From NCBI GenBank assembly GCA_963837955.1, contig CAWIPH010000002.1:10966-74965 (forward strand): 64,000 nucleotides of DNA. The letters run 5' to 3'. Under the pieces are notes generated by a model. The model made no database searches and had not been told where the DNA came from. It saw only the letters and a program-made list of their open reading frames with translations. Of this stretch, positions 36,412-44,486 are shown one piece after another (position 1 is the first letter of the stretch; every line of letters starts with the position of its first letter). Made by a program: the position numbers and the translations under genes. This DNA is from an uncultured Verrucomicrobiae bacterium (GTDB lineage Bacteria; Verrucomicrobiota; Verrucomicrobiia; Chthoniobacterales; JAFAMB01).

Positions 36412-37612
36412 AATCAAGGCCATAATCTTCCGGCACTCTTGCGAAGGGAGACGCAATTTGAGCCGGGTCACCGAGATGGTGTATTGGCCGGTGCAGAACA
36501 TCGTTGTCTGGGGGTTTTTCACAATTTATCTTACCCGGGACAACCACCTGCAGCCGGGAATAGTTAGTTTTCTCTTAGGTGCGGCCATTCTGTGGGGGAT
36601 GTTCTATGCATTCCAGCGTGATCTGGCGGCGGGCTTCCTCGAAGAACTCTGGTCTCGAAACCTCATCAACTTATTCTCTACGCCGCTGAGCATCTCCGAA
36701 TATTTGACCGGCCTCATCATTGTCAATCTGGTCAGAGCCATGGTGGGAGTTCTGGCAGCGGGCCTAACTGCGTGGCTCTGCTTCGGCTATGAAATCTCCT
36801 CGAAACTGTTAGCAGTTATTCCCTTTATGTTGAGTTTGACTCTCTTCGCGCTCGCTGTCGGTGTGATAATTACCGGTCTGATTGTCAGGTATACCACCAA
36901 GATCCAGACGCTGGCCTGGAGCTTTGCTGGCTTACTGATGCCGTTCTCGTGCGTATTCTATCCTTTTAGCTCTCTTCCCAAATGTTTGCGTCCGGTCGCC
37001 TGGGCTCTTCCCACTACTCATGCTTTCGAAGGGATGAGGCAGGCAATCGCCGGAGGAGGCTTTGCGCTGCCGCATTTCGAGTGGGGGATTATGCTAAATG
37101 CGTTCTATCTGGTGTTGGCTGTCCTGGTGTTTCGCCGGATGTTTGAATCTGCACGTGCCCGAGGTCTGCTTAGTAAAGCTAGAGTAGGGAACGTTGGGAA
37201 CGCCGGGAACGCACGGGAACGCCGACAACGCCGACAACGCCGACAACGCCGACAACGCCGACAACGCCGACAACGCCGAGAACGCCGAGAACGCCGAGAA
37301 CGCACGGGAACGCCGGCTTGTCCGACGACCGTGTCCGACGAAGCTCCTCCGCTACATCGGCGACGTTCCAAGGATCAGCGAAGTCGGAAGCCTGCCGGAG
37401 TTTCAAACGACGGAGCGAAGTTGGAGAGCGCATTTTTCGGTAGTGCCAGAAATGTGTTGCCAATCGCGAGCTCCTCTGTAAAGAATCGCCTCTGCTGCGC
37501 AACCCTCCGCGCGCCGGCAATCGGTTTCTCGGGGAATCGGCTATGGACCAGTCCATCATATTGCACAGCCATGTGCCAAAGACGGCGGGCACCAGCGTTT
37601 CGGCGCATCTAG
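36398..37612 (+). CDS. ABC-2 type transporter permease; the conserved part ends at about 37180 and the ORF then reads through a 9-bp repeat array
   Basis: About 260 aa are polytopic membrane protein (...WALPTTHAFEGMRQAI...LVLAVLVFRRMFESARARGLLSKA). This is followed by GNVGNAGNARE(RRQ)x6(RRE)x3 and ~95 aa of Arg-rich, non-protein-like sequence. That tail overlaps the next gene start at 37543. Confidence 0.7.
   Translation: MKLNRIKAIIFRHSCEGRRNLSRVTEMVYWPVQNIVVWGFFTIYLTRDNHLQPGIVSFLLGAAILWGMFYAFQRDLAAGFLEELWSRNLINLFSTPLSISEYLTGLIIVNLVRAMVGVLAAGLTAWLCFGYEISSKLLAVIPFMLSLTLFALAVGVIITGLIVRYTTKIQTLAWSFAGLLMPFSCVFYPFSSLPKCLRPVAWALPTTHAFEGMRQAIAGGGFALPHFEWGIMLNAFYLVLAVLVFRRMFESARARGLLSKARVGNVGNAGNARERRQRRQRRQRRQRRQRRQRRERRERRERTGTPACPTTVSDEAPPLHRRRSKDQRSRKPAGVSNDGAKLESAFFGSARNVLPIASSSVKNRLCCATLRAPAIGFSGNRLWTSPSYCTAMCQRRRAPAFRRI
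37187..37314. repeat. 9-bp tandem repeat array
   Basis: The order is GGGAACGTT, GGGAACGCC, GGGAACGCAC, GGGAACGCC, GACAACGCC x6 (37224-37277), GAGAACGCC x2, GAGAACGCAC, GGGAACGCC. It belongs to the same unit family as 25528-25572 and 29991-30036. Confidence 0.95.
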
Positions 37613-38387
37613 CTGGGATATTCGGCAAGCTTCATTTGAGTCATTCCCATGAAGATCCCAATTTCATATTAACCCCGCCGATTCTCGAAACTCTTTTTGA
37701 GATCAACCCATTCTTGCGATCATTGTCCTCTCATCACCTTCGCATTTTTCCGAGAAAGATTCTTGGCCGGCCGGCCCATTACATCACTTTCCTGCGCCAT
37801 CCAACGAACACCCTTCTTTCTCGCCTAAGTTACGCGCAACAGAATTTTAAAAATCTGCCCGCGAAGGTAAAAGAATTTTGGCCGGACGAGACGCCTTGCC
37901 TTTCCTTGCGGACCCTCGCCCAATGGTATCTCGACAAATTGGGGGCGACCGAATGCTCTGGCCAGACTTGTTTTTTTTGCCACCCGAACATTTTGGCGAA
38001 AGATCAGTTTCGGATTTTGGTGCTGGTGTTGTTAACCCTGGTCTCGCATCGAACATGCTTAAGCATTTTCTCTTTGTGGGAATTGTTGAAGACATGTCCA
38101 TCAGTCTCGACATTCTGGACGCTCGGCTGCGAGGGCTGGGAATCAGGCTGGGTCGGGAAGGTTTTTTGGGGAGGTTTCGGCACCAGAACCGGAGCCACCG
38201 GAGAAATCTGGCTTGGCTTTGCCAGGAGGACGAGATTGGTCGACGCGTCCTGGCCTGCAACGCCAGTGACCGTCTCCTCTATTCGGAATTCCGCAAAAGA
38301 CTATGGGCTAGCCACTGCGAAATGTTGAGCGGCCAAGACTTCAAGTATCGGTTTTGCCCATACGAAATCGCAAACAACTTGTACTGA
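37543..38387 (+). pseudogene. Sulfotransferase family-2-like protein, frameshifted at a T8 homopolymer (37971-37978)
   Basis: The N-terminal part reads HSHVPKTAGTSVSAHL...YITFLRHPTNTLLSRL (PKTAGTS and (F/L)LR.P motifs) up to GQTCFF. ORF 37878..38387 continues PPEHFGERS...LKHFLFVGIVEDMSISLDILDARLRGLGI. The intact paralog at 55637..56527 is collinear (PQTRFFCSPES...LERFLFVGVTEQIEKSVKLL). A T9 tract would restore a single frame. Confidence 0.65.
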
Positions 38388-38397
38388 TCCGAGGATA

Positions 38398-38715
38398 AAA
38401 TCTCACGCAAAGTCGCAAAGGCGCAAAGAATGGGAGGCGGAATCCAGAATGTTTGGCACAGAAGTAAACGGAGATAACGGTTCGGCTGAGCCGTCGGGCG
38501 GCTCCACTCGAAGCCAATCTATCTCCCCGGTCACCTTCAATTCAAAATTCGTCTTTGCGCGAGGCTTTAACGGATTTCCGTACTGCGCGTTCCCTCGCAC
38601 TTCTCACCAATCACCTCTCACCAATCACATTGGCTTCGACCGGAGCTCAGCCGCGCCTTTGCGTCTTTGCGTGAGATTTTCTAAGTCCGTTCTCCTTTGC
38701 GCCTTTGCGTGAGGC
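38398..38715. repeat. Modular inverted-repeat element filling the intergenic spacer
   Basis: AAATCTCACGCAAAGTCGCAAAGGCGCAAAG (38398-38428) faces CCTTTGCGTCTTTGCGTGAGATTT (38655-38678) and CCTTTGCGCCTTTGCGTGAGGC (38694-38715). The heptamer module CACTTCTCACCAATCACCTCTCACCAATCAC lies at 38598-38628. Confidence 0.85.
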
Positions 38716-38716
38716 T

Positions 38717-39805
38717 CTAACGGTTCACCGGCTCTGCGCTACTCAGATGTTCTTTGAGCACACTCGTTGACACGCTGTCAGCTCGACTTACTTCCCCGAT
38801 GTTCCTGGTTTCGCGAACGTTGTAGGTGCTTTTACCCTGCGACTCATAAAACGTCCGCATGAGCATTTCGGCCAGGAGCCCGAGCAGGATACACATCATC
38901 GCGATCATGAACGTCATCACGACGATCAAAGGTAACGGCGTTGTGATGAAGTAGGTATTGTGAAACAATTTCAAGTAAAGCATCCACAAGAAGGCACAGC
39001 CGCTCACTGCCAGGCTGAATACGCCGCAACCACCAAAGAGATACATCGGTTTACTGGCAGCCCGATCGAGGAACTTTACGACTAGCAGATCTAGCAGGAC
39101 CTTTAAGACCCGCTCGAATCCATACTTGGACTCTCCCGTCCGGCGCGGGTGATGGTTAACCACCAGCTCGGTAATCTTTGCTCCGTGCCAGGAGGCGTAG
39201 ATCGGCAAAAAACGGTGCATCTCACCGTATAGGCGGATTCCATCGACTACCTGTCTTTTGTACGCTTTGAGCGAGCAGCCGAAGTCATGCAGCCGTACTC
39301 CAGACACCGCTGAAATCAGCCGGTTAGCCAGGATGCTCGGGATGTTGCGCTGGATGACATTATCCTGACGGTCTTTTCGCCAACCCGAAACAACGTCGTA
39401 GCCCTGTGCCAAAAGTTCTAACATCCGCGAAATGTCGGCCGGATCATTTTGCCCATCCCCATCCACCGGAATAATGACGTCACCCTTAGCGAAATCGAAA
39501 CCTGCCATCATTGCGGCGGTCTGGCCGAAGTTTCGTTTGAAGTGGATCACCCGGATCCGCTGATCCGAATCGGCCAATCGATCCAGGATTTCCGCGGAAT
39601 TATCCGTGCTACCGTCGTTGATGAAGATAATTTCCCAAGGCTTCCCCAGCCGCGTCAGCTCCTGTCTAACTCCCTGGCTGAGGTCGACCAGGGCCTCCTC
39701 TTCGTTGTAAACGGGGACAACAATCGAAATCAACACCGTGGCCAGCTTCGTAAGAGAACCGTAAATGTCAACCAACTGGACGCACGCCTTCCCGAATTTC
39801 TGCAA
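38717..39805 (-). CDS. GT2 polyprenol-phosphate sugar synthase-type glycosyltransferase (ArnC/GtrB/DPM1-like)
   Basis: ISIVVPVYNEEEAL...IIFINDGSTDNSAEIL...IRVIHFKRNFGQTAAMMAGFDFAKGDVIIPVDGDGQNDP is the characteristic GT2 block. It has two C-terminal TM helices. The track start is a TTG, and the GTG at 39736 (VLISIVVP) is an alternative. Confidence 0.85.
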   Translation of the reverse strand: MQKFGKACVQLVDIYGSLTKLATVLISIVVPVYNEEEALVDLSQGVRQELTRLGKPWEIIFINDGSTDNSAEILDRLADSDQRIRVIHFKRNFGQTAAMMAGFDFAKGDVIIPVDGDGQNDPADISRMLELLAQGYDVVSGWRKDRQDNVIQRNIPSILANRLISAVSGVRLHDFGCSLKAYKRQVVDGIRLYGEMHRFLPIYASWHGAKITELVVNHHPRRTGESKYGFERVLKVLLDLLVVKFLDRAASKPMYLFGGCGVFSLAVSGCAFLWMLYLKLFHNTYFITTPLPLIVVMTFMIAMMCILLGLLAEMLMRTFYESQGKSTYNVRETRNIGEVSRADSVSTSVLKEHLSSAEPVNR

Positions 39806-40128
39806 TTGTCAGCATCCTGAATCGCGGATATCTCTCCGGCACGCCTTGGAGGATTTTGAAAACAGGCCCTAGTATCCCCTGGGTTTAACAGTTCAACCAG
39901 GCACTGGCCGAAAACGACTTTATGATCGAAGAAATCAAGGATCGAGATCAAATCCTAGCCATAATCCTACGCGCAGATATTACGGCAAGGGCGTTGATTT
40001 TTTTGGGCTGAGTTTTTTGATATTAGCCTTTCGACCGGATTCGGCGATAGCGTAGCCGCGAGCGTTCCCGGCGTTTGCCTTTAGATCTTCTCAATTGTAG
40101 ATCCGGGGATACTTCCTTCGAAAAACGT

Positions 40129-40530
40129 ATGAGTATCGAGACCATCGAATACAATGGCGTTAAATTTGCCCAAGTAATCTGGGCCGATACACGCGTTGCG
40201 AAAACGACTTTTTTCTCTCCGCCGGAATCCTCGTTCCAATTCGGGTTGCTCGCCCACGAAGCCGACTTTGTCGAGCCGCCTCATGTCCATCACGCGGTCA
40301 AAAGAGAAATTAATGATCTTCAACAGATGTTCGTGGTACAGCGCGGAGTGGTAGCTGTGCAGCTTTTCTCGGATGAGAAAGAGCTACTCAAAGAGGTCAT
40401 CCTGAGACAAGGGGATGCTATCGTTTTGATTCATGGGATCCACGCGATCCGCGTCTTGGAAGATATGCAATGCATTAGCGTGAAGCAGGGACCCTTTCTC
40501 GGCACCGAGAAAGATAAGGTGTTCGTTTAG
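40129..40530 (+). CDS. Cupin-fold protein (possible sugar ketoisomerase/epimerase, WbuC-like?)
   Basis: The 133-aa ORF has the pattern FVEPPHVHHAVKREINDLQQMFVVQRGVVAVQLF...QGDAIVLIHGIHAIRV, a cupin HxH...H signature. It sits immediately upstream of a sugar aminotransferase gene. Confidence 0.5.
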   Translation: MSIETIEYNGVKFAQVIWADTRVAKTTFFSPPESSFQFGLLAHEADFVEPPHVHHAVKREINDLQQMFVVQRGVVAVQLFSDEKELLKEVILRQGDAIVLIHGIHAIRVLEDMQCISVKQGPFLGTEKDKVFV

Positions 40531-40552
40531 GAAGAATCGAGTTGGTCCTTTT

Positions 40553-41668
40553 ATGATACAAGTTTATGAGCCCTGGGTCGGGAGCGAAGAAGCCGAAGCC
40601 GTAAAGCAGGCCGTTTTGAACGGAGAGCTTTCCGGTCTTTTTGGTAAATCAATTCCCTCGTTTGAGGAGCAGTTCTCGAGCCTAGTGGGTTGCCGCCACG
40701 GAATATCGGTAACTAGCGGAACTACCGCTTTGCATCTGGCTGTGGCTGCCTGTCATTTTTCTCCCGGGGATGAGATTCTGGTTAGCGCGTCTACCAATAT
40801 TGCGACCGCTCTGGCCATCGTTCATAACAATCTGGTTCCTGTTCCGGTTGACTCGGAACCTCACTCTTGGAATCTCAACCCGGATCTAATCGAAGGTCTA
40901 ATTACCTCAAAGACCAGAGCCATCATGCCTGTGCATCTTTTTGGCCATCCCGCGCGGATGGATCAGATCCAGGCGATTGCCGCCAAACATAATTTAGTGG
41001 TCATCGAGGATTGTGCGGAATCTCATGGGGCCACGTGGCAAGGCAAAACGACCGGTTCCTGGGGGGACATGGGTTGCTTCAGCTTTCTGGCCAACAAAAT
41101 CATAACTACGGGAGAAGGCGGTATGATTGTTACCAATGACGACTCGCTGGCTGCCGAAATGCGTCTGTTGCGAAACATGGCGTTTAAACATCCGCGGTTT
41201 GAGCACGATCGAGCAGGTTTTAATTTTCGCATGACCGGATACCAGGCAGCTATGGGGTTGGTACAACTTTCCCGCTTTGACGAGGTTCTCAGGAGAAAGC
41301 GACACGTGGCCGACTGGTATGCCGAAAACCTTCGGGAAATTCCCGGTGTTACCTTACCTGCCGACTGTCAGGAGGGGCGGCACGTCTACTGGGTTTATGG
41401 AATTCTTCTCGACCCGAGCCTGGATCGTGAATCGGTGATGTCGCGACTGGAGCGAGCAGGCGTCGGGACTCGCACCTTTTTCTGTCCGATGAACCTGCAA
41501 CCTTGTTTTCAACATATTCCAGAGTGCCAATCCGTTCCGTGTCCAGTTGCGGAAGATCTCTGGCGCCGCGGGTTTTATCTTCCGTCCGGACCGAATCTGA
41601 CCGAAGCGCAGATAAAAGAAGTTGCCGGCCTTTTAGGGAAAGCAGTCCAGATTGCTGCCAACGCATGA
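40553..41668 (+). CDS. DegT/DnrJ/EryC1/StrS-family PLP-dependent nucleotide-sugar aminotransferase
   Basis: ...FEEQFSSLVGCRHGISVTSGTTALHLAV...VSASTNIATA...DCAESHGA...SFLANKIITTGEGGMIV includes the catalytic Lys region. The protein is 371 aa. Its stop overlaps the next start (ATGA at 41665-41668). Confidence 0.9.
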   Translation: MIQVYEPWVGSEEAEAVKQAVLNGELSGLFGKSIPSFEEQFSSLVGCRHGISVTSGTTALHLAVAACHFSPGDEILVSASTNIATALAIVHNNLVPVPVDSEPHSWNLNPDLIEGLITSKTRAIMPVHLFGHPARMDQIQAIAAKHNLVVIEDCAESHGATWQGKTTGSWGDMGCFSFLANKIITTGEGGMIVTNDDSLAAEMRLLRNMAFKHPRFEHDRAGFNFRMTGYQAAMGLVQLSRFDEVLRRKRHVADWYAENLREIPGVTLPADCQEGRHVYWVYGILLDPSLDRESVMSRLERAGVGTRTFFCPMNLQPCFQHIPECQSVPCPVAEDLWRRGFYLPSGPNLTEAQIKEVAGLLGKAVQIAANA

Positions 41669-42435
41669 GCTATTCCGGCAAGCATGCTGAGTACTACGAC
41701 CTGCTCTATCGGGACAAACCTTACCGGGAAGAGGCGGAATATGCACTTGGGCTGATTACCGCGAGCCGTCCCGGAGTTCGCACGATTCTTGATTTGGGAT
41801 GCGGAACCGGTCTGCGTTGCCTGGAGTTGGCTCGACGTGGGTATAAGTTGTGTGGCGTCGATCAAAGTTCAGCCATGCTGGCCGCGGCGCGCCAGCACTT
41901 GACCGCTGCTCTGGATATTTCCTCGGCGGACGTAGAATTTCTGGTCGGAGACATTACTACATTTCGAGCGGCCTCTAGTTACGATGCCGTGATCTCGCTG
42001 TTTCACGTATTCTGTTATTTGACGACAGAAGAGGAATTGAAACAGGCGATCGACTGTTCCTTTGCCAACCTCAATTCCGGCGGAATCTTCCTTTTCGATT
42101 ATTGGCACGGCCCGGGGGTGTTGCAGGATCCTCCCACCAAGCGAACCAAGGTCGCCGAGAACTCTACTTTGGAGATCATAAGGACTTCGATCCCTCACCA
42201 TTTGCCCGATCAGCATCTCGTTAAGTTGTCTCTCTCCCTAAATGTCGCTGAAAGAGATTCCGGGATATCTTATGATACCGAAGAGTCGTATACGTTGCGG
42301 TATTGGTTCCCTGATGAGTTGGAACAAGTGCTAGAGCGCTCCGGCTTCACGGATGTCCAACACTATGCTTGGATGACACAGTCAGCTCCCGGACCCGAAG
42401 CGTGGCAGGCCTGTACAATTACAAGAAAGCCATAA
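41665..42435 (+). CDS. Class-I SAM methyltransferase with TylM1/DesVI-like (sugar N,N-dimethyltransferase-like) architecture
   Basis: HAEYYDLLYRDKPYREEAEYALGLI....ILDLGCGTGLRCLELARRGYKLCGVDQSSAMLAAAR...YDAVISLFHVFCYL...GGIFLFDYWHGPG is followed by a ~100-aa C-terminal lid. This layout resembles TylM1-type enzymes. The gene is translationally coupled to the aminotransferase. Confidence 0.7.
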   Translation: MSYSGKHAEYYDLLYRDKPYREEAEYALGLITASRPGVRTILDLGCGTGLRCLELARRGYKLCGVDQSSAMLAAARQHLTAALDISSADVEFLVGDITTFRAASSYDAVISLFHVFCYLTTEEELKQAIDCSFANLNSGGIFLFDYWHGPGVLQDPPTKRTKVAENSTLEIIRTSIPHHLPDQHLVKLSLSLNVAERDSGISYDTEESYTLRYWFPDELEQVLERSGFTDVQHYAWMTQSAPGPEAWQACTITRKP

Positions 42436-42518
42436 TGCTGCTGCGTTGACTGATCGGACGTCTTTGGCTACTCAGCTGAAGATGACAATTCCTGCAACCC
42501 AACCGATCAAGGAGCCCC

Positions 42519-43196
42519 ATGCGATTTGCCATCTTCTATAAGGGTCTTTACCGTTGCGCGACCAAGAGCTTTAGGAAGAAGACCGGCGACAGACAAGATA
42601 CGGAGATTTATTTCAATCCCGCGTTTGCTGAAGTCCTTGAGACGTGGGCGGTCAAAAATGCATGGCGCGAAATCCAAGTCTTGCTGAGTGATCGCGCCGG
42701 GAAAGTATTAGATGTTGCCTGCGGCACGGGCAGGACTCACGATTTCCTCAAACGATTCAAGGATCTTGAGTACCACGGTTGCGATATTTCCTCGATGCTG
42801 ATCGAGCGCGCGATTCAAAGAGGTATTGGTAAGCAGCGACTTCGTGTCTTGGACGCTACCCAACTCGACTACGCTGACGGCGAGTTTGATTTTCTTTTTT
42901 CGATAGGATCTCTCGAACACTTCACCGTTGATGGGCTGCGTTCGACATTAGCGGAATGCCGCCGCGTCTGTCGGGGAATCAATTTCCATATGATTCCTGT
43001 TTCTTTGAGTGGCTTAAACGAGGGATGGATTACGCCATACCAGAGCTATTGGAATAACAGTCAGCGTTGGTGGGAGCGCCTGTTTGAGGAAACCTTCGGA
43101 TACAATGTCTGGACAATGTCTTCTAAGTGGCAAGATGACCAATCTAAAGGGATCTGGTTCATCTGTGGGGCTGAAGAGTGCTTCACAAACGATTGA
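42519..43196 (+). CDS. Class-I SAM-dependent methyltransferase (Methyltransf_11-like)
   Basis: VLDVACGTGRTHDFL...GCDISSMLIERA...FDFLFSIGSLEHF matches motifs I-III. Confidence 0.75.
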   Translation: MRFAIFYKGLYRCATKSFRKKTGDRQDTEIYFNPAFAEVLETWAVKNAWREIQVLLSDRAGKVLDVACGTGRTHDFLKRFKDLEYHGCDISSMLIERAIQRGIGKQRLRVLDATQLDYADGEFDFLFSIGSLEHFTVDGLRSTLAECRRVCRGINFHMIPVSLSGLNEGWITPYQSYWNNSQRWWERLFEETFGYNVWTMSSKWQDDQSKGIWFICGAEECFTND

Positions 43197-43249
43197 TCTG
43201 CGCGGTGTCCTCTGACAGCCAGGCGGACGCTGAGAAGGCTCGTGATCAG

Positions 43250-43545
43250 AGGAAAGTTGTACGCACGAAAGTAGCCGAGAATTCCGATCTCAGAGTTGAA
43301 AGGGCCCAGTTCCTCGCCTGCCTGACCAACATGCGTCTCCCGTGCATGTGATTGAGAAAAGGCCCGCGTATCTTACGATGTCGCAGAGTCTTATACTTTG
43401 TGGTACCGGTTTCCGGAAGAGGTTGGAGAAAGTGCTCAAGAGTTCCGGCTTCAACGATATCCGGCACTATGCTTGGATGACGCATTCAGCCCTCGGACCC
43501 GAGGCATGGCAGGTTCGTACGGTTGCGGTAAAGCGTCAGTCACGC
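43250..43545 (+). pseudogene. Degenerate duplicated 3' fragment of the methyltransferase gene 41665..42435
   Basis: Translations give ...RTKVAENSDLRV... and ...ESYTLWYRFPEE.../...VLKSSGFNDIRHYAWMTHSALGPEAWQVRTV. These parallel TKRTKVAENSTLEI...EESYTLRYWFPDELEQVLERSGFTDVQHYAWMTQSAPGPEAWQACTI. The fragment needs at least 2 frames and contains stops. Confidence 0.6.
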
Positions 43546-44319
43546 AGAAACTTTTCTACAGATAAATCCCTCAAATGATACGTCAGCACCGGGAAGGGCA
43601 TAGTCGTCAAGAGCCGGGAACTCACCAAGGACTTTATACCCCGACTCGGAAATCCATTTTAGAAACTTGGTCTTACTCAAGAACCACGCCGGAATACTAG
43701 CTTTATAGATCCAGCCAGGGACATGCTGAATTGTTAGTCTGTCTGAGTCCGCCATAATGAAGGCGGTTCGGTCTACAAAGATGTACAGGCTCCCGAGCCG
43801 TCGAAGAGTCTGTAACGTGTCCCAAGGTTTCGGCAAATATTGGAGAACACCCGAGAGGATAACCACGTTGGGTTGATAATTCTTAACGCAGTCCTCAATC
43901 GTCTCGAAAAAGTGCAGTTCGTTTGACGCGACGTGCCTTCGACCCGCTGCAACAAAGTGCGGCTGCTCTATCGTGGACCAATTGAGATCCGAGACAGCTT
44001 CCAGAAGACCACGGCTGTCGAAGTAGCTGGAACCCAATGATCCACCGAAATCCAAAACATCCAGCCGGTTCCCATCCTGGAGAGCGGCATTGAGTAAGGT
44101 GGTGATCAAAGGGAAGTTGTACGGAATCTGGTCGAGAAGAACTCCCTCCCGCTGCGCCGCCGCCTTCCCGCTTTTCACGGCTAGAGTAGCGGACACCACT
44201 GTCTCGAGAATCTCTTTCTGGTTATAGCCAGTAGCGTGGCGAGCAGCCTCGGCCCAGTTTTCGTAGTCGCCAGAAAAATAGATCTGATCAGTCATGTTTT
44301 TCCTGATCTGCGCGGCCAA
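43540..44319 (-). CDS. SAM-dependent methyltransferase (resembles the TIGR04325 / LIC12133-type family)
   Basis: FSGDYENWAEAARHATGYNQKEILETV...LDVLDFGGSLGSSYF...VVILSGVLQYLPKPWDTL matches my memory of that family pattern. The assignment is unverified. Confidence 0.65.
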   Translation of the reverse strand: MAAQIRKNMTDQIYFSGDYENWAEAARHATGYNQKEILETVVSATLAVKSGKAAAQREGVLLDQIPYNFPLITTLLNAALQDGNRLDVLDFGGSLGSSYFDSRGLLEAVSDLNWSTIEQPHFVAAGRRHVASNELHFFETIEDCVKNYQPNVVILSGVLQYLPKPWDTLQTLRRLGSLYIFVDRTAFIMADSDRLTIQHVPGWIYKASIPAWFLSKTKFLKWISESGYKVLGEFPALDDYALPGADVSFEGFICRKVSA

Positions 44320-44486
44320 CGCGAGTATCTACTGATTTCAGGTTCAGTCAACTCGTTGGGGCAGCTGGAACGCAGACGTGAGGAATCCGCGGCTCGAAAC
44401 GGGTTGGAAGTTTCGAACCCCCTCAGGTTAGATCGTTCGATCAGTAAAATACTTGACGGAGAATTCAAATCCTGTTTGATCCCGCC

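Noticed and set aside
37105-37481. Arg/Cys-rich and Asn/Ala/Asp-rich ORFs (37105-37371 minus strand; 37194-37481 plus strand)
   Set aside because: They are direct translations of the 9-bp tandem array (RCRRCRRC..., NADNADNAD...). These are repeat artefacts, not genes.
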